DNA of 26,953 bases, from the NCBI GenBank assembly GCA_938091905.1, contig CALKOM010000211.1, positions 1 through 26,953 of the forward strand, given 5' to 3'. The notes under the pieces are model-generated. The model did no database searches. It was not told the origin of the DNA and was given only the letters and a program-made list of their open reading frames with translations. Positions 8,122 to 18,431 of this stretch are shown piece after piece; within the stretch, counting starts at the first letter, position 1, and the number at the start of each line of letters is the position of its first letter. The stretch comes from an uncultured Verrucomicrobiales bacterium (GTDB lineage: Bacteria > Verrucomicrobiota > Verrucomicrobiia > Verrucomicrobiales > DEV007). Made by a program: the position numbers and the translations under genes.

Positions 8122-10713
8122 ATGACCATCGAGGATGCAGGCCCCTTTCTCAGCGACGGCGATTGGCGGCGTGTCTTTGATAGTCATACTCTATTCCAAG
8201 GCGATAAGTTGATGCGAGGTCGCCAGGTTTCTGCTGTCCGTGCGGAACTCCTGGAAACAGGGGATCTTGAAATTGTTGGCCAAGTTGGCGGAGGAGATGA
8301 TACCCGCGCCGAAGCCATCATCGCGCTCTGGCGCGAGGGGCCGTCGATGCAACTCGACGCCAGTTGTTCCTGCCAAGTGGCAGTGAACTGCGAACATGCC
8401 GTCGCCGTACTCGGATACCTCGCCAAAGGTAAGCCCGGAGTGCGACTGGACGGCGCTCTTGGCCAGACACCCCACGCGGAAGCCATGACCCAGGGGCAGC
8501 ACCTAGAACTGAAAGAACCCGCCCCAAATTCCGCTAAGCTGAACTCTCGTTTTCGCTTGCGGGTTGAACGCCAAGACAACCGACTCTTCGCCCGAGCCTA
8601 TGCACTCTATCAGAAACAGGAGACTCCATTAGAACCGTCGGGAAACATCCGCCCTATCGTTACGCCGACCGGGAAGATCAAGCGCAACCGCACAGCAGAA
8701 ATGGAAGCCCTCCAAGCTCTGTATGCGCTTGACTTGCTCCCTAACAGTCAACTAGAATGGACCCCTGACAAGAAAGCCTGGCCTCATCCAGAGTTCTACT
8801 GGCAGCGCTTTCAACACGAAGGCACGCCCGCTCTGGAAAGCCGAGGCTGGGAGGTCCAGTTCTCCCCCCACGTCGGGCTGAAACCACTGGTATTTCGTTC
8901 TGAGAATTGGAAGGCAGAGATCATTGAAGAGGGCAAAGGCTGGTTCACATTATCCGCCGGCTTCGAGATCGACGGTGAAGCCTTCGATCTCCAACCAATT
9001 CTCGCCGCTCTTGTTGCCAACCGTTTCCTTGAGGTCACTAAAGAGAAACCCAAAGGGCAGGAATTCATGATCTTTCTACCCGATGGGCGCGGTCTAGTCC
9101 TGCCAGTGGGGAGATTCAGAAAGATTCTCACCACACTTGGCGAACTCGTAGCGTTCAAGTTCACGGCCGGTCCTATTCGCGTGACTAAAGTAGATGCTGC
9201 CCGCCTGGCAGAGGAAAATGAGCTTGAGCCGAAGTCGCCCATCGAAGTGAAAGATCTAGGCTCCAAGCTCACTGATTTCAACCGAATCGAACGGGTCTCA
9301 GAGCCTGCCGGTCTTAAGGCTGAACTACGCAGTTATCAAAGCGACGGCTACTACTGGATGCAGTTCCTTTCACAGCACGAGCTCAATGGCATCCTTGCCG
9401 ATGACATGGGCCTCGGAAAGACTCTCCAAACACTAACCCACCTTCTCACCGAGAAGGAAGCACAACGAAATGCGGGCCTTCCCTCACTCGTCATCGCTCC
9501 CACCAGCGTCGTTGTGAACTGGCAACGTGAAGCCGACAAATTTACCCCTGATCTTTGCGTGCTGATACTACAAGGCGCAGATCGCAACCGACGCTACGCG
9601 CAAATTCCACGCGCTGACCTCGTGTTGACCTCGTTCGCACTCATTCATCGCGATCTCGAAGTTTTCCTGGGACACCGCTTTCATCTTGTCATCCTAGATG
9701 AGGCTCAGCATATCAAGAATCCCACTGCCAAGGTCACTCAAGCCGTGTGTCAGTTAGATTCCAAACACCGTCTCTGCCTCTCTGGCACTCCCATTGAGAA
9801 CAACTTGGGCGAACTCTGGAGCCTGATGCATTTTCTCATGCCTGGTCTGCTGGGCACACAAGAAAACTTCAACGACACCTTTCGTAATCCGATTGAGAAA
9901 ACAGGCCACGAAGGGAAACGGGCCGCACTTGCAGCTCGGGTTGGTCCTCTCATTCTTCGCAGAACCAAGCACGACGTCGCGAAAGAGCTCCCCGCAAAGA
10001 CAGAAATATTTCACACAATTGAGCTAAACGAAACTCAGAAGGACCTCTACGAGACTGTCAGGGCCACGATGGACAAGCATGTTCGTCAAGCGTTAGAACT
10101 CCAAGGTCAACAGTCTCAGATCGTCTTTCTCGATGCTCTCCTCAAGCTTCGCCAAATCTGTTGCCATCCTAAGTTGCTTGAGTCCCAGGAAGATGTGGTC
10201 AAATCAGCCAAATTCGAGCACCTGATCGACCTGTTGATGACCTTGCGACAAGAAGGGCATCGGACACTGGTCTTCTCGCAGTTCACGTCCATGCTCGCTC
10301 TCATCGAAGACCATTTGAATGCCGTGGACTGTCAGTATCTCAAGCTTACCGGTGCCACCAAGGATCGCCAAGAACTCGTCGAACGTTTCCAGGCTGGCGA
10401 AGGCGAGGTTTTTCTCATTTCTCTAAAAGCAGGCGGCACCGGACTTACCCTTACTGGAGCAGACATCGTGATCCACTACGACCCTTGGTGGAACCCAGCC
10501 GCCGAGAATCAAGCCACCGACCGCGCCTACAGAATCGGTCAAAACAAGCCCGTCTTTGTTCACAAGCTCATTTGCCAAGACACGGTCGAAGAGCGCATCC
10601 AGCAGATGCAGGTCCGCAAAGACACTCTCGCCACCGATCTTCTCAGCGGCGCCACTCAACAGCTCAGCCTCACTCCTGAGACACTGCAGTCGCTCTTCGC
10701 ACCTGCGAAGTAA
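8122..10713 (+). CDS. SWIM zinc finger-SNF2/RAD54 family helicase
   Basis: SWIM motif CSC…CEHAVA; LRSYQ, GILADDMGLGKT, LDEAQ, LSGTPIEN, LLKLRQICCHP, LVFSQF, LISLKAGGTGL, DPWWNPAAENQATDRAYRIGQ. Confidence 0.95.
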   Translation: MTIEDAGPFLSDGDWRRVFDSHTLFQGDKLMRGRQVSAVRAELLETGDLEIVGQVGGGDDTRAEAIIALWREGPSMQLDASCSCQVAVNCEHAVAVLGYLAKGKPGVRLDGALGQTPHAEAMTQGQHLELKEPAPNSAKLNSRFRLRVERQDNRLFARAYALYQKQETPLEPSGNIRPIVTPTGKIKRNRTAEMEALQALYALDLLPNSQLEWTPDKKAWPHPEFYWQRFQHEGTPALESRGWEVQFSPHVGLKPLVFRSENWKAEIIEEGKGWFTLSAGFEIDGEAFDLQPILAALVANRFLEVTKEKPKGQEFMIFLPDGRGLVLPVGRFRKILTTLGELVAFKFTAGPIRVTKVDAARLAEENELEPKSPIEVKDLGSKLTDFNRIERVSEPAGLKAELRSYQSDGYYWMQFLSQHELNGILADDMGLGKTLQTLTHLLTEKEAQRNAGLPSLVIAPTSVVVNWQREADKFTPDLCVLILQGADRNRRYAQIPRADLVLTSFALIHRDLEVFLGHRFHLVILDEAQHIKNPTAKVTQAVCQLDSKHRLCLSGTPIENNLGELWSLMHFLMPGLLGTQENFNDTFRNPIEKTGHEGKRAALAARVGPLILRRTKHDVAKELPAKTEIFHTIELNETQKDLYETVRATMDKHVRQALELQGQQSQIVFLDALLKLRQICCHPKLLESQEDVVKSAKFEHLIDLLMTLRQEGHRTLVFSQFTSMLALIEDHLNAVDCQYLKLTGATKDRQELVERFQAGEGEVFLISLKAGGTGLTLTGADIVIHYDPWWNPAAENQATDRAYRIGQNKPVFVHKLICQDTVEERIQQMQVRKDTLATDLLSGATQQLSLTPETLQSLFAPAK

Positions 10714-10786
10714 AGCCGTTCAATTCATGGTGGAGCTTGCGCGACTAAAGCATCTCGCTACTAGAGGCTGTTCGTATCAACAGCAT

Positions 10787-11833
10787 ATGAATTCATCTAT
10801 CAGTGAAGACCAAGTTCGCAACGCCCTCGCCAAGGTTCCCTACCCAGGATTTAGCCGGGACATCGTTTCATTTGGTCTCGTCAAAGCGGTCCATGTGGAT
10901 GGCAGCATTGTGAAGGTATTGATTTCATTGCAGACGAAGGATCCCGAAGTTCCGAAAGCCATTTTCCAAAAATCGAAGGAAGTCCTTCATGCGCTTCCCG
11001 GCGCAGAGCAGGTGGAGGTGGAGTTTGACATCAAAGATCCCGGCCAAGCTGGCCCCTCTGCAAAGTCTGCCTTGCCCGGAATCAAGAACGTGATTGCGAT
11101 AGCGAGCGGTAAGGGCGGCGTGGGTAAATCAACGGTTTCCGTTAATCTCGCAGTAGCTTTACAGAAACAAGGCTACAAGGTTGGTCTCTGTGATTGCGAT
11201 CTCTATGGACCTAGCGTGGCGCACATGTTTGGATCAGATGAGCGTCCCAATGCAACTTCTGACAATGAGATCATTCCCATTGAATCCGATGGTCTGAAAT
11301 TGATCTCGATGGGCTTTTTGTTAGAAGACCGATCTCCAGTGATTGTTAGAGGCCCTTTGGCCACGCGTTACACCCAGCAGTTTATCAAACAGGTAGTCTG
11401 GGGTGAACTCGACTACCTGATTCTGGACCTGCCTCCCGGAACTGGCGACATTCAACTAACCATTGTTCAAACAGTGGCACTCACAGGAGCTATCATCGTG
11501 ACCACCCCGCAGGAAGTCGCGTTGATCGACGCTCGCAAGGCGGTCTCCATGTTTGAGAAAGTGAATGTGAAAGTGTTGGGCCTCGTTGAGAACATGAGCT
11601 ACTTCCTCTGCCCAAGCGATGGCGAACGCTATCACATCTTTGGCGAAGGCGGTGGTGCTCGTGAGGCAGAAGCGCTTGGCGTGCCTCTGCTAGGCCAAAT
11701 TCCTATCGACATGCCTACACGATTGGGCGGCGATGCCGGACGCCCTGTGGCTTTGCAAGATCCTGCAGAGTCCGAAGTCAGTGGCATCTTCAGCGGGGTA
11801 GCTAAGGCCCTGACCAACTATGCGCCGGTGTAA
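10787..11833 (+). CDS. mrp: Mrp/NBP35/ApbC Fe-S cluster carrier ATPase
   Basis: N-terminal YPGFSRDIVSFG (DUF59-like), SGKGGVGKSTV, DLYGPS, DLPPGTGD, VTTPQ, ENMSYFLCP. Start set at ATG 10787 because the longer ORF overlaps SNF2. Confidence 0.95.
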   Translation: MNSSISEDQVRNALAKVPYPGFSRDIVSFGLVKAVHVDGSIVKVLISLQTKDPEVPKAIFQKSKEVLHALPGAEQVEVEFDIKDPGQAGPSAKSALPGIKNVIAIASGKGGVGKSTVSVNLAVALQKQGYKVGLCDCDLYGPSVAHMFGSDERPNATSDNEIIPIESDGLKLISMGFLLEDRSPVIVRGPLATRYTQQFIKQVVWGELDYLILDLPPGTGDIQLTIVQTVALTGAIIVTTPQEVALIDARKAVSMFEKVNVKVLGLVENMSYFLCPSDGERYHIFGEGGGAREAEALGVPLLGQIPIDMPTRLGGDAGRPVALQDPAESEVSGIFSGVAKALTNYAPV

Positions 11834-11849
11834 CCAGCAAGGGGAGAAT

Positions 11850-11925
11850 TGGTGGAGCATAGCGGACTCGAACCGCTTACCTCTTCAATGCCATTGAAGC
11901 GCTCTACCAGATGAGCTAATGCCCC
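11850..11925 (-). tRNA. tRNA-Ala (anticodon GGC)
   Basis: GGGGCATTAGCTCATCTGGTAGAGCGCTTCAATGGCATTGAAGAGGTAAGCGGTTCGAGTCCGCTATGCTCCACCA: 76 nt cloverleaf, G3:U70 Ala identity pair, anticodon stem CTTCA/TGAAG, GTTCGA T-loop, encoded CCA. Confidence 0.98.
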
Positions 11926-11952
11926 TATTTCCCCGTTTGACTCGAGATTTCG

Positions 11953-11980
11953 AGTATCGCCACGACCTGTAGTGACGCAA
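11953..11980 (-). promoter_or_regulatory. Possible tRNA promoter
   Basis: Minus strand TTGCGT-16 nt-GATACT with an A-tract upstream. A small inverted repeat (ACTCGA/TCGAGT) lies at 11940-11955. Confidence 0.3.
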
Positions 11981-12000
11981 CCCGTTTTTTAAGAAACGAA

Positions 12001-12555
12001 TCAGTTGAGCGAAGGATCATCTGGAGTCAGCGCAAGCAAGTAATGCCAGGGACTAATACCTTCCAGCGTGTCCTTCCAAAGCGAGGTCGAATTCTCGGTG
12101 AAGGGCAATCCCTCGGGGCGATGGGTGATCCAGACCCGCTCAAGAATTTCGCCCTCTAGCTGGCCAGCGGACCAACCAGAATGGCCGATGAAGGCTACCA
12201 CATGGAACCCCTCAGATACCCGAGCCACCGCTGCGCTTGCCGATAATCGAGAGTCAAACTCCAAGCGCTTCTCCTCCGGTAGCCAGTGGATCGAAGCGAA
12301 GATCAAATGATCTGTCCCTACCGGCCCACCTACATAGACAGGCACATGATCCAGCTCAGGAGTATTTGTGGCCAGCGAAAGATCTCCCACCTTCTTATGC
12401 GTAGGCCGATTGAGAATAAAGCCCTCAGCCCCGGCCTCAGCGCTGTGATGATTGAGATATAGCACGGCACGCTTGAAGTTCGAGTCCATCAACGATGGGT
12501 CGGCAAGCAAGAGGCTGCCATCAAGAGAGAGGGGCGCTGGATCTTGGAAATTCAT
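12001..12555 (-). CDS. yqgE: YqgE/AlgH (UPF0301, DUF179) family protein
   Basis: LLLADPSLMDSNFKRAV, GFILNRP, VYVGGPV, GHSGWSAGQLEGE, DPSLN end. Start set at ATG 12555 (184 aa, typical length). Confidence 0.9.
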   Translation of the reverse strand: MNFQDPAPLSLDGSLLLADPSLMDSNFKRAVLYLNHHSAEAGAEGFILNRPTHKKVGDLSLATNTPELDHVPVYVGGPVGTDHLIFASIHWLPEEKRLEFDSRLSASAAVARVSEGFHVVAFIGHSGWSAGQLEGEILERVWITHRPEGLPFTENSTSLWKDTLEGISPWHYLLALTPDDPSLN

Positions 12556-12609
12556 TCGTTCCACAACCATATCGGCGCTCGTAAGTCGGGAAAGGCAATT
12601 TGTCACCAA

Positions 12610-13780
12610 CCGACCAGTCTCTGGGCCCATGAGATCTAGAGGCACCTCGATGGAATAGAATCGCCGCTCATCCTCAGAGATCTCAGCTGCTTCCTCCACC
12701 CCCACCGGTCCAAACGCTTCCCCAAAGGCATTTGGCATGGACCAGCTTCTCTCCGTTTCGACAGGGCCACTCGATATCTCGCACTCAGAAATGGTACTTG
12801 CCTTGACCGACAAGGACGCCGTGCGATCTGGACGCCACCACGGGAGCGCAAGGACAAGCGTGTTCTAATCTGTTACTTTGACCTCAAGAATGCTCTCACC
12901 TTCTTGGCTGAAGACCTTTAGAGTGAGGCCACTTCCCTGAAATTGTTTGAGCGAGAGGAGCCAGCCAAGCATCTGCTGGCCCTCATAGTCCCGCACTACG
13001 GGGATCTCGTATTAGCTCCATCGAAATGGTACCTTCGCTTAACATGCTTGCTTCAGATGCCTCAACACCTACCCTCGGAGGGGAAGGCGTCGCTCCTTTA
13101 CTTGCAAGAGCAATGTAATAGTCGCCTGCCTGAATATAGGGCTTACAAGAATCCTCCCCCCTCCGCCGGTGGCGACGCAGATTTTGGCTCACACGGGATG
13201 GTCTTCCTGCGCAAAAGCGGCCCCATTGAATGCCCGCGAAGATACGTAACTCTTTCGTCATGTTAATGTATACTGGCCAAGAACCTCTTTAGGAAGATAG
13301 ACTCCCACACACCAAATGTCTTTCTGATGCCGCGGTAGCTGCCAGATGTCATCCTTGACTAATCTATCCAAGTTGCCGCTACTACTTCGCAGCTCCTCCG
13401 ATCGTCGAGGTCAATGAAAGAGTTTTTCCAGGCACCCCTGTCACCGTGACGAAATAGGCGGAGCCTCCACTCGAAGCCTGCAAGTATGTAGGCACAACAA
13501 GAAGCTGCCCCATCTTGCGAATGTCGCAGACAGTCTCCAGTGGAGCAATGCCTATTTAAACCTCAATGTTAGTCTTTGGATCAGCGGAATAAAGAAACCG
13601 CGCGGGTGAGTCACCAGATACCTCCGTCCGCAAGAAGAGAAGCCCTTCCGGTCCCACCCTAAGGGCTCCGGTAAAATCAGGCAGCACCGCCTCCGTCGAG
13701 TCGTAGCTTTTGCTCCCATTGCTGTCCTCGAAATCTAGCGCCCCTATATTACTAACATGCAACCAAACAGAGAAGAGCGT
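12610..13780 (-). pseudogene. Possible heavily decayed remnants of a large repetitive extracellular protein
   Basis: Scattered protein-like beta-strand fragments between stops: ERRFYSIEVP, IQAGDYYIALASKG, YFVTVTGVPGKTLSLTS, VGPEGLLFLRTEV. No continuous ORF; boundaries are approximate. Confidence 0.35.
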
Positions 13781-14049
13781 CCACTGGGCATTCACACAGT
13801 GGCCAAGAATGTAGCACTCCGAACTATGACCCGAAATATTTCGCTCAGCCCAAATAACTATCATCACCATAAACATAAACACACCACACCTAAATCCAAG
13901 CCGTCTTCCTATCGCTATATTGATCGGATTCGCTCCTAGCAGTTACTTATTTAGACCATTCGCGAGAACAGTCCCGCCTGTTTATCTGGGATTCTCTCGT
14001 ATTTCGGAATCGTAAAGCAACGGCGTCTTGAGTTCAACGAGGCCTGTCT

Positions 14050-14453
14050 AAAAGGATTCCCCCAATGGAAAAGGCTCCCATTAGAGACGTGGGGCCGCAG
14101 GTGATCCAGGCATTTGCAAAGAACTCTCTACTCAGATCCTGACGGTGAAGAAATCGTGACCTTGACAGAGTTCGCTATCGGGAGATCCCCAGATTCGAAC
14201 GGCCGTGCGGTGCTACCGCGCACCGGCAACAATATCGGTCGAAAATCTTCTTCAACATGGACACCAAGGGCTTCACCCTCGTTCTTGGAACCCTCCCTTA
14301 ACTCAATCAACGGCAATAAGGTCTGCCGCATCGACAGAAGATAAAGGCCACCAACAAGTCGAAGAGGCGCTTCAAGTGTCCATTGATAACCGCGCAATCA
14401 CTGTAACGGATAGTTTGCTCAGCGACGAGATTCGCATGTTTTCAAGCTATTGA
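14050..14453 (+). pseudogene. Remnant of the C-terminal region of a secreted protein (DxDGD-type motif)
   Basis: SDPDGEEIVTLTEFAIGRSP…LP resembles the DPDxDGxxNLxEYAxGxDP motif. AITVTDSLLSDEIRMF follows in another frame. Stops and frameshifts are present. Confidence 0.4.
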
Positions 14454-14460
14454 CTGAAAA

Positions 14461-17244
14461 CTAAGCGCCAAGAATCTGGGCAAGCACGTAGGGTAGAATG
14501 CCACCAGCTCGGTAATAATCGATCTCCACCGGCGTATCGATTCGAACCACAACAGGAAACTTTTCCTCACTGCCATCCGATTTCTTCACTGTCAGTGTTA
14601 CTTCCTGGCGAGGAGTCAGATCATTGCTAAGCCCGGTCAGGCTAAAGGTCGCCGCGTGATCTCCGGTAGCTTTGTCATAATCAGCAGCATCCTTGAAATT
14701 CAACGGCAGCACTCCCATACCGACAAGGTTACTACGATGAATACGCTCGAAGCTCTTTGTGATCACGGCCTTCACACCTAATAAACGCGTCCCCTTGGCC
14801 GCCCAATCGCGGCTGCTGCCCATGCCGTAGTCTTCGCCACCAATGACGACGAGCGGAGTGCCCGTCTCTGCATAAGCATTCGCTGCATCATAGATGTGGG
14901 TTGGGGTTCCAACGTCAGTGGATTTAGGATTGTCCAAAGCCGGAACGCTTGCCTCCCCAAAGTAGGTGGTATAGCCCCCCTCAGTTCCGGGAACCATCTG
15001 GTTCTTAATTCGAACATTCCCAAACGTGCCACGAGTCATCACGCGGTCATTGCCGCGGCGACTTCCAAAGCTGTTAAAGCTGGCTTTCTCCACGCCATTT
15101 TCCAAGAGATAACGTCCAGCTGGACTGTCTTCTTTGATAGCACCTGCCGGGCTGATATGGTCCGTGGTGACAGAATCACCAAAGATTCCCAAAGGCCGCG
15201 CATCGATGACGTCAACGATATCACCAGCTTTGCCATCGTAACCTTGAAAGAAAGGTGGCAGCTGAATGTAAGTGCTCTCGCCATCCCATTCGTAGGCGGC
15301 ACCGGTCTTGCCGGGAATTTCACCCCACTTCGGATTGGCACTATCAAAGTCCCCGTAAAGTTTCTCGTAAACTTCGGGCTTCAGGGCGCTGCTGAGAAGC
15401 TCCTTCACCTCGTCTAACCTTGGCCAAATATCGGCAAGGAAAACCGGCTGTCCATTTTGATCCGTACCGAGCGGATCTCGTGTCAGGTCAATGTCCACCC
15501 TTCCGGCGAGTGCGTATGCCACCACCAGCGGCGGAGACATCAAAAAGTTCGCTTTGATCGCACCGTGAATACGCGCCTCAAAATTGCGGTTGCCGGAAAG
15601 CACGGATGCACAAACCAGATCACCTTCCTTAATCGCACCATCGATCACTGGATGAAGCGGACCAGCATTGCCGATGCACGTGGTGCAGCCATAACCAACC
15701 GTCTGAAACCCAAGCTCATCGAGTTCCTTCTGAAGATCCGTCGCTTCGAGATAGTCCGTCACCACACGCGAACCTGGGCCTAACGAACTCTTAATATAAG
15801 GAGCAACCTTCAACCCTTTGGCATTCGCTTTCTTGGCCACCAAACCAGCTGCTAACATCACACTTGGATTGCTCGTGTTCGTGCAGCTCGTAATAGCGGC
15901 GATCAAGATCGAACCATGACCGATCTCAGTATCTGTGTCAGTAGCCGTAATCGTCTCACCTTCAATGAGCGGATTATCAAACTCTCCAGCCGGTGTGTCG
16001 AGGTGGATGGGCACACGCGTGTTCCTCTTGTCGGCGTTGAGACCAAAGCCGCCATCGGCAACCGAGGCTTCGAACAACGCATTGAACTTATCGGCCAACG
16101 CAGGCACATCGATGCGGTCCTGAGGACGCTTCGGACCAGACACCGCGGGAACTACGCTGCCGAGATCAAGTTCGAGTTCGTCGGTGTAGTCAATGGAACC
16201 TTTCTCTGGGATACCGAAGAGCTCTTGGGCAGTGAAGTAATTCTCAACCGTCTGGCAGAGTTCCTCACTACGTCCCGTTCCCTTGAGATAGCTGATCGTT
16301 TCAGCATCGATGGGGAAGAAACCCATGGTCGCGCCATACTCAGGCGCCATGTTGGCAATCGTCGCACGGTCAGGCAGCGACAGCGCCCTGGCACCAGGAC
16401 CATAGAACTCCACAAACTTGCCGACCACGCCATGGGCACGCAGCATCTCGGTTACGCGCAATGTCAAATCTGTCGCTGTTACGCCTTCTGCTAGCGAACC
16501 GTGTAGATAAACCCCAACAACCTCGGGCACAAGGAAAGTGACAGGCTGACCAAGCATTCCCGCCTCTGCCTCAATACCGCCCACGCCCCAGCCGACAACA
16601 CCGAGGCCATTGATCATCGTCGTGTGCGAATCTGTTCCCACAAGAGTGTCAGGATAAAACGTCTCCTCCTTGGACAACACGCCCTTCGCTAGAAACTCCA
16701 AATTCACCTGGTGCACGATGCCAATCCCGGGAGGCACCACGGAGAAAGTCTCAAACGCCTGCTGACCCCACTTTAGAAACTCGTACCGCTCGCGATTACG
16801 GATGAACTCGATCTGCATGTTGCGATCAAGTGCAGCTTGGCTGCCAGCAAAGTCGACCTGGACAGAGTGGTCGACCACGAGATCCACCGGAACAAGCGGC
16901 TCCACGGCCTTCGGATCAGCTCCCTGAGCCACTGCCGCATCGCGCATCGCCGCCACATCAACTAGCAAAGGCACTCCCGTAAAATCTTGCAGAACGATCC
17001 GCGCCACGGTAAACGGAATCTCATAGTCGCCAGGAGCTTTCGCATTCCAATTCGCAAGGTTCTTCACGTCGCCCTCGGTCACCTTCTTGCCGTCGCAATT
17101 CCGCAGCACACTTTCGAGAACAATCCGGACAGAAACCGGCAAGCGATCAAGATTCGGTGCCACTCCAGCGTCACGAAGCGCGGGGAGTGAGTAGAAAGTG
17201 CCGTCGGTGCCTTGTCCTGTCTTAAAAGTGCGTGTGGTATCCAT
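14461..17244 (-). CDS. acnA: Aconitate hydratase A
   Basis: 927 aa. [76 protein letters not shown]. Confidence 0.98.
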   Translation of the reverse strand: MDTTRTFKTGQGTDGTFYSLPALRDAGVAPNLDRLPVSVRIVLESVLRNCDGKKVTEGDVKNLANWNAKAPGDYEIPFTVARIVLQDFTGVPLLVDVAAMRDAAVAQGADPKAVEPLVPVDLVVDHSVQVDFAGSQAALDRNMQIEFIRNRERYEFLKWGQQAFETFSVVPPGIGIVHQVNLEFLAKGVLSKEETFYPDTLVGTDSHTTMINGLGVVGWGVGGIEAEAGMLGQPVTFLVPEVVGVYLHGSLAEGVTATDLTLRVTEMLRAHGVVGKFVEFYGPGARALSLPDRATIANMAPEYGATMGFFPIDAETISYLKGTGRSEELCQTVENYFTAQELFGIPEKGSIDYTDELELDLGSVVPAVSGPKRPQDRIDVPALADKFNALFEASVADGGFGLNADKRNTRVPIHLDTPAGEFDNPLIEGETITATDTDTEIGHGSILIAAITSCTNTSNPSVMLAAGLVAKKANAKGLKVAPYIKSSLGPGSRVVTDYLEATDLQKELDELGFQTVGYGCTTCIGNAGPLHPVIDGAIKEGDLVCASVLSGNRNFEARIHGAIKANFLMSPPLVVAYALAGRVDIDLTRDPLGTDQNGQPVFLADIWPRLDEVKELLSSALKPEVYEKLYGDFDSANPKWGEIPGKTGAAYEWDGESTYIQLPPFFQGYDGKAGDIVDVIDARPLGIFGDSVTTDHISPAGAIKEDSPAGRYLLENGVEKASFNSFGSRRGNDRVMTRGTFGNVRIKNQMVPGTEGGYTTYFGEASVPALDNPKSTDVGTPTHIYDAANAYAETGTPLVVIGGEDYGMGSSRDWAAKGTRLLGVKAVITKSFERIHRSNLVGMGVLPLNFKDAADYDKATGDHAATFSLTGLSNDLTPRQEVTLTVKKSDGSEEKFPVVVRIDTPVEIDYYRAGGILPYVLAQILGA

Positions 17245-17285
17245 GGAAATTCGCCTAAATCGCTGAGAAAAACGTGTTTCAAACG

Positions 17286-17314
17286 GCTATACCTCTCCCC
17301 TCGCAGCTTGTCCA
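17286..17314 (-). promoter_or_regulatory. Putative sigma70 promoter of acnA
   Basis: Minus strand TGGACA-17 nt-TATAGC, about 40 nt upstream of the ATG. Confidence 0.35.
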
Positions 17315-17341
17315 GCCCTTGCAGGGCTCGATATCCGTGAG

Positions 17342-18405
17342 CTACCTGGCGACTTGAAAGAGAATCGGGGCGGAGTATTTCTCTGTCCGAAGGCGAAAGT
17401 GTTCTCCTGCCAGGCAATCGCGTGAGTAGAGAATCCTCTGATGTTGGTGACCAATCTCGTCCGAGGTCTCATGCAGCGGACTTATTTCCTTCCAACCCTG
17501 GTCGACAAAGGCATCCTGGAGGTCAGCTCCTCAGTCCAGCTTCCCAAGTGATTCCCGCCACTGCCCCAGCGAGAGGTCACCGCCAGGAACACGGTACCAG
17601 AAGATTCGACAACGAACTCAGTAGCGCCCTTGTACTGACTATCAAATTGCGTAAACTTGGCACCCTCGAGCCCGGCCGGCACTTTCGTCCAATGGAGGCG
17701 ATCATTACTACTCCAGACCGGTGTCCCGATTTCAAAAGGAACCAGTGTCACGGAGCCCGTGACACGCAGCGAGGCTGCTCGAGAATAAAGCCTTGATAAG
17801 ATAAAACCTGAACTTGAGGAAAACTTGGTGTTCAGCAGACCTGCTGGCATGGGGTTAGGCGCTCACGAAACCCCTCGCCTCGGAAACAACGACATGAGTT
17901 TCAACTTTCCAGCAGCCTGCCCATCTGGTGTGGCAGTCGACCGGAGTGAGGTCGCCATGGACGATCGCTCGTCGTCACACTGACGCTTCATTAGGGTAGC
18001 GCGCTTACTAACAGATTCACCGCAGCGTTGGAACAAGGAAAGATCTGCTCTAGCATTCACTTTGCTTCTATCATCGTTGGAAGCTACCGCAGACAACTCA
18101 CGGACACGGAAGAGCGTTGTCCCCTGCGAAGGCGACTCCGTTTGGAAGGTCCAATTCGTTTCGCCAGCGCCCCTTTGTACCTCACCGACGTACTGACGCC
18201 AACCCAGCTTCGGATCTGCCAGTTCTTTAATTACGTAAGCGCGGCCTTCGACCGAATGCCATGTCATGCTCGCAGAGCCCGAACTCGGATCGAACTCAAA
18301 CTTTCGAAGAACCAGGCTGGTCTCTTCCACAGCAGGCTCATAAGCAGAAGCAAAGCCCAACCAAAGAGCCGCATTCGCCAAGGTCGCGATCGGGCGTTTC
18401 TTCAT
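17342..18405 (-). pseudogene. Secreted hypothetical protein broken by an in-frame TGA (17863-17865) and a frameshift near 17519
   Basis: ORFs 17863..18405 and 17482..17850 share a frame. Signal peptide MKKRPIATLANAALWLGFASA. After ELTS a frame change restores QDAFVDQGWKEI…LYSRDCLAGEHFRLRTEKYSAPILFQVAR* (TAG 17342-17344). Internal repeat: S*APNPMPAGLLNTKF versus HWTKVPAGLEGAKF. Confidence 0.6.
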
Positions 18406-18431
18406 GGTCGAACCATAGTTTAGACAAGCGA

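Noticed and set aside
10556..10786. N-terminal extension of the mrp ORF
   Set aside because: It overlaps the SNF2 3' end, and family similarity begins at ATG 10787.
11850..11925. tRNA-Ala as an island insertion site
   Set aside because: Its 3' end lies 16 nt from the mrp stop, there is no adjacent integrase, and I saw no duplicated 3' fragment in the window.
12556..12813. N-terminal extension or domain fusion on yqgE
   Set aside because: The family-length protein starts at 12555; the extension looks like chance in-frame relic sequence.
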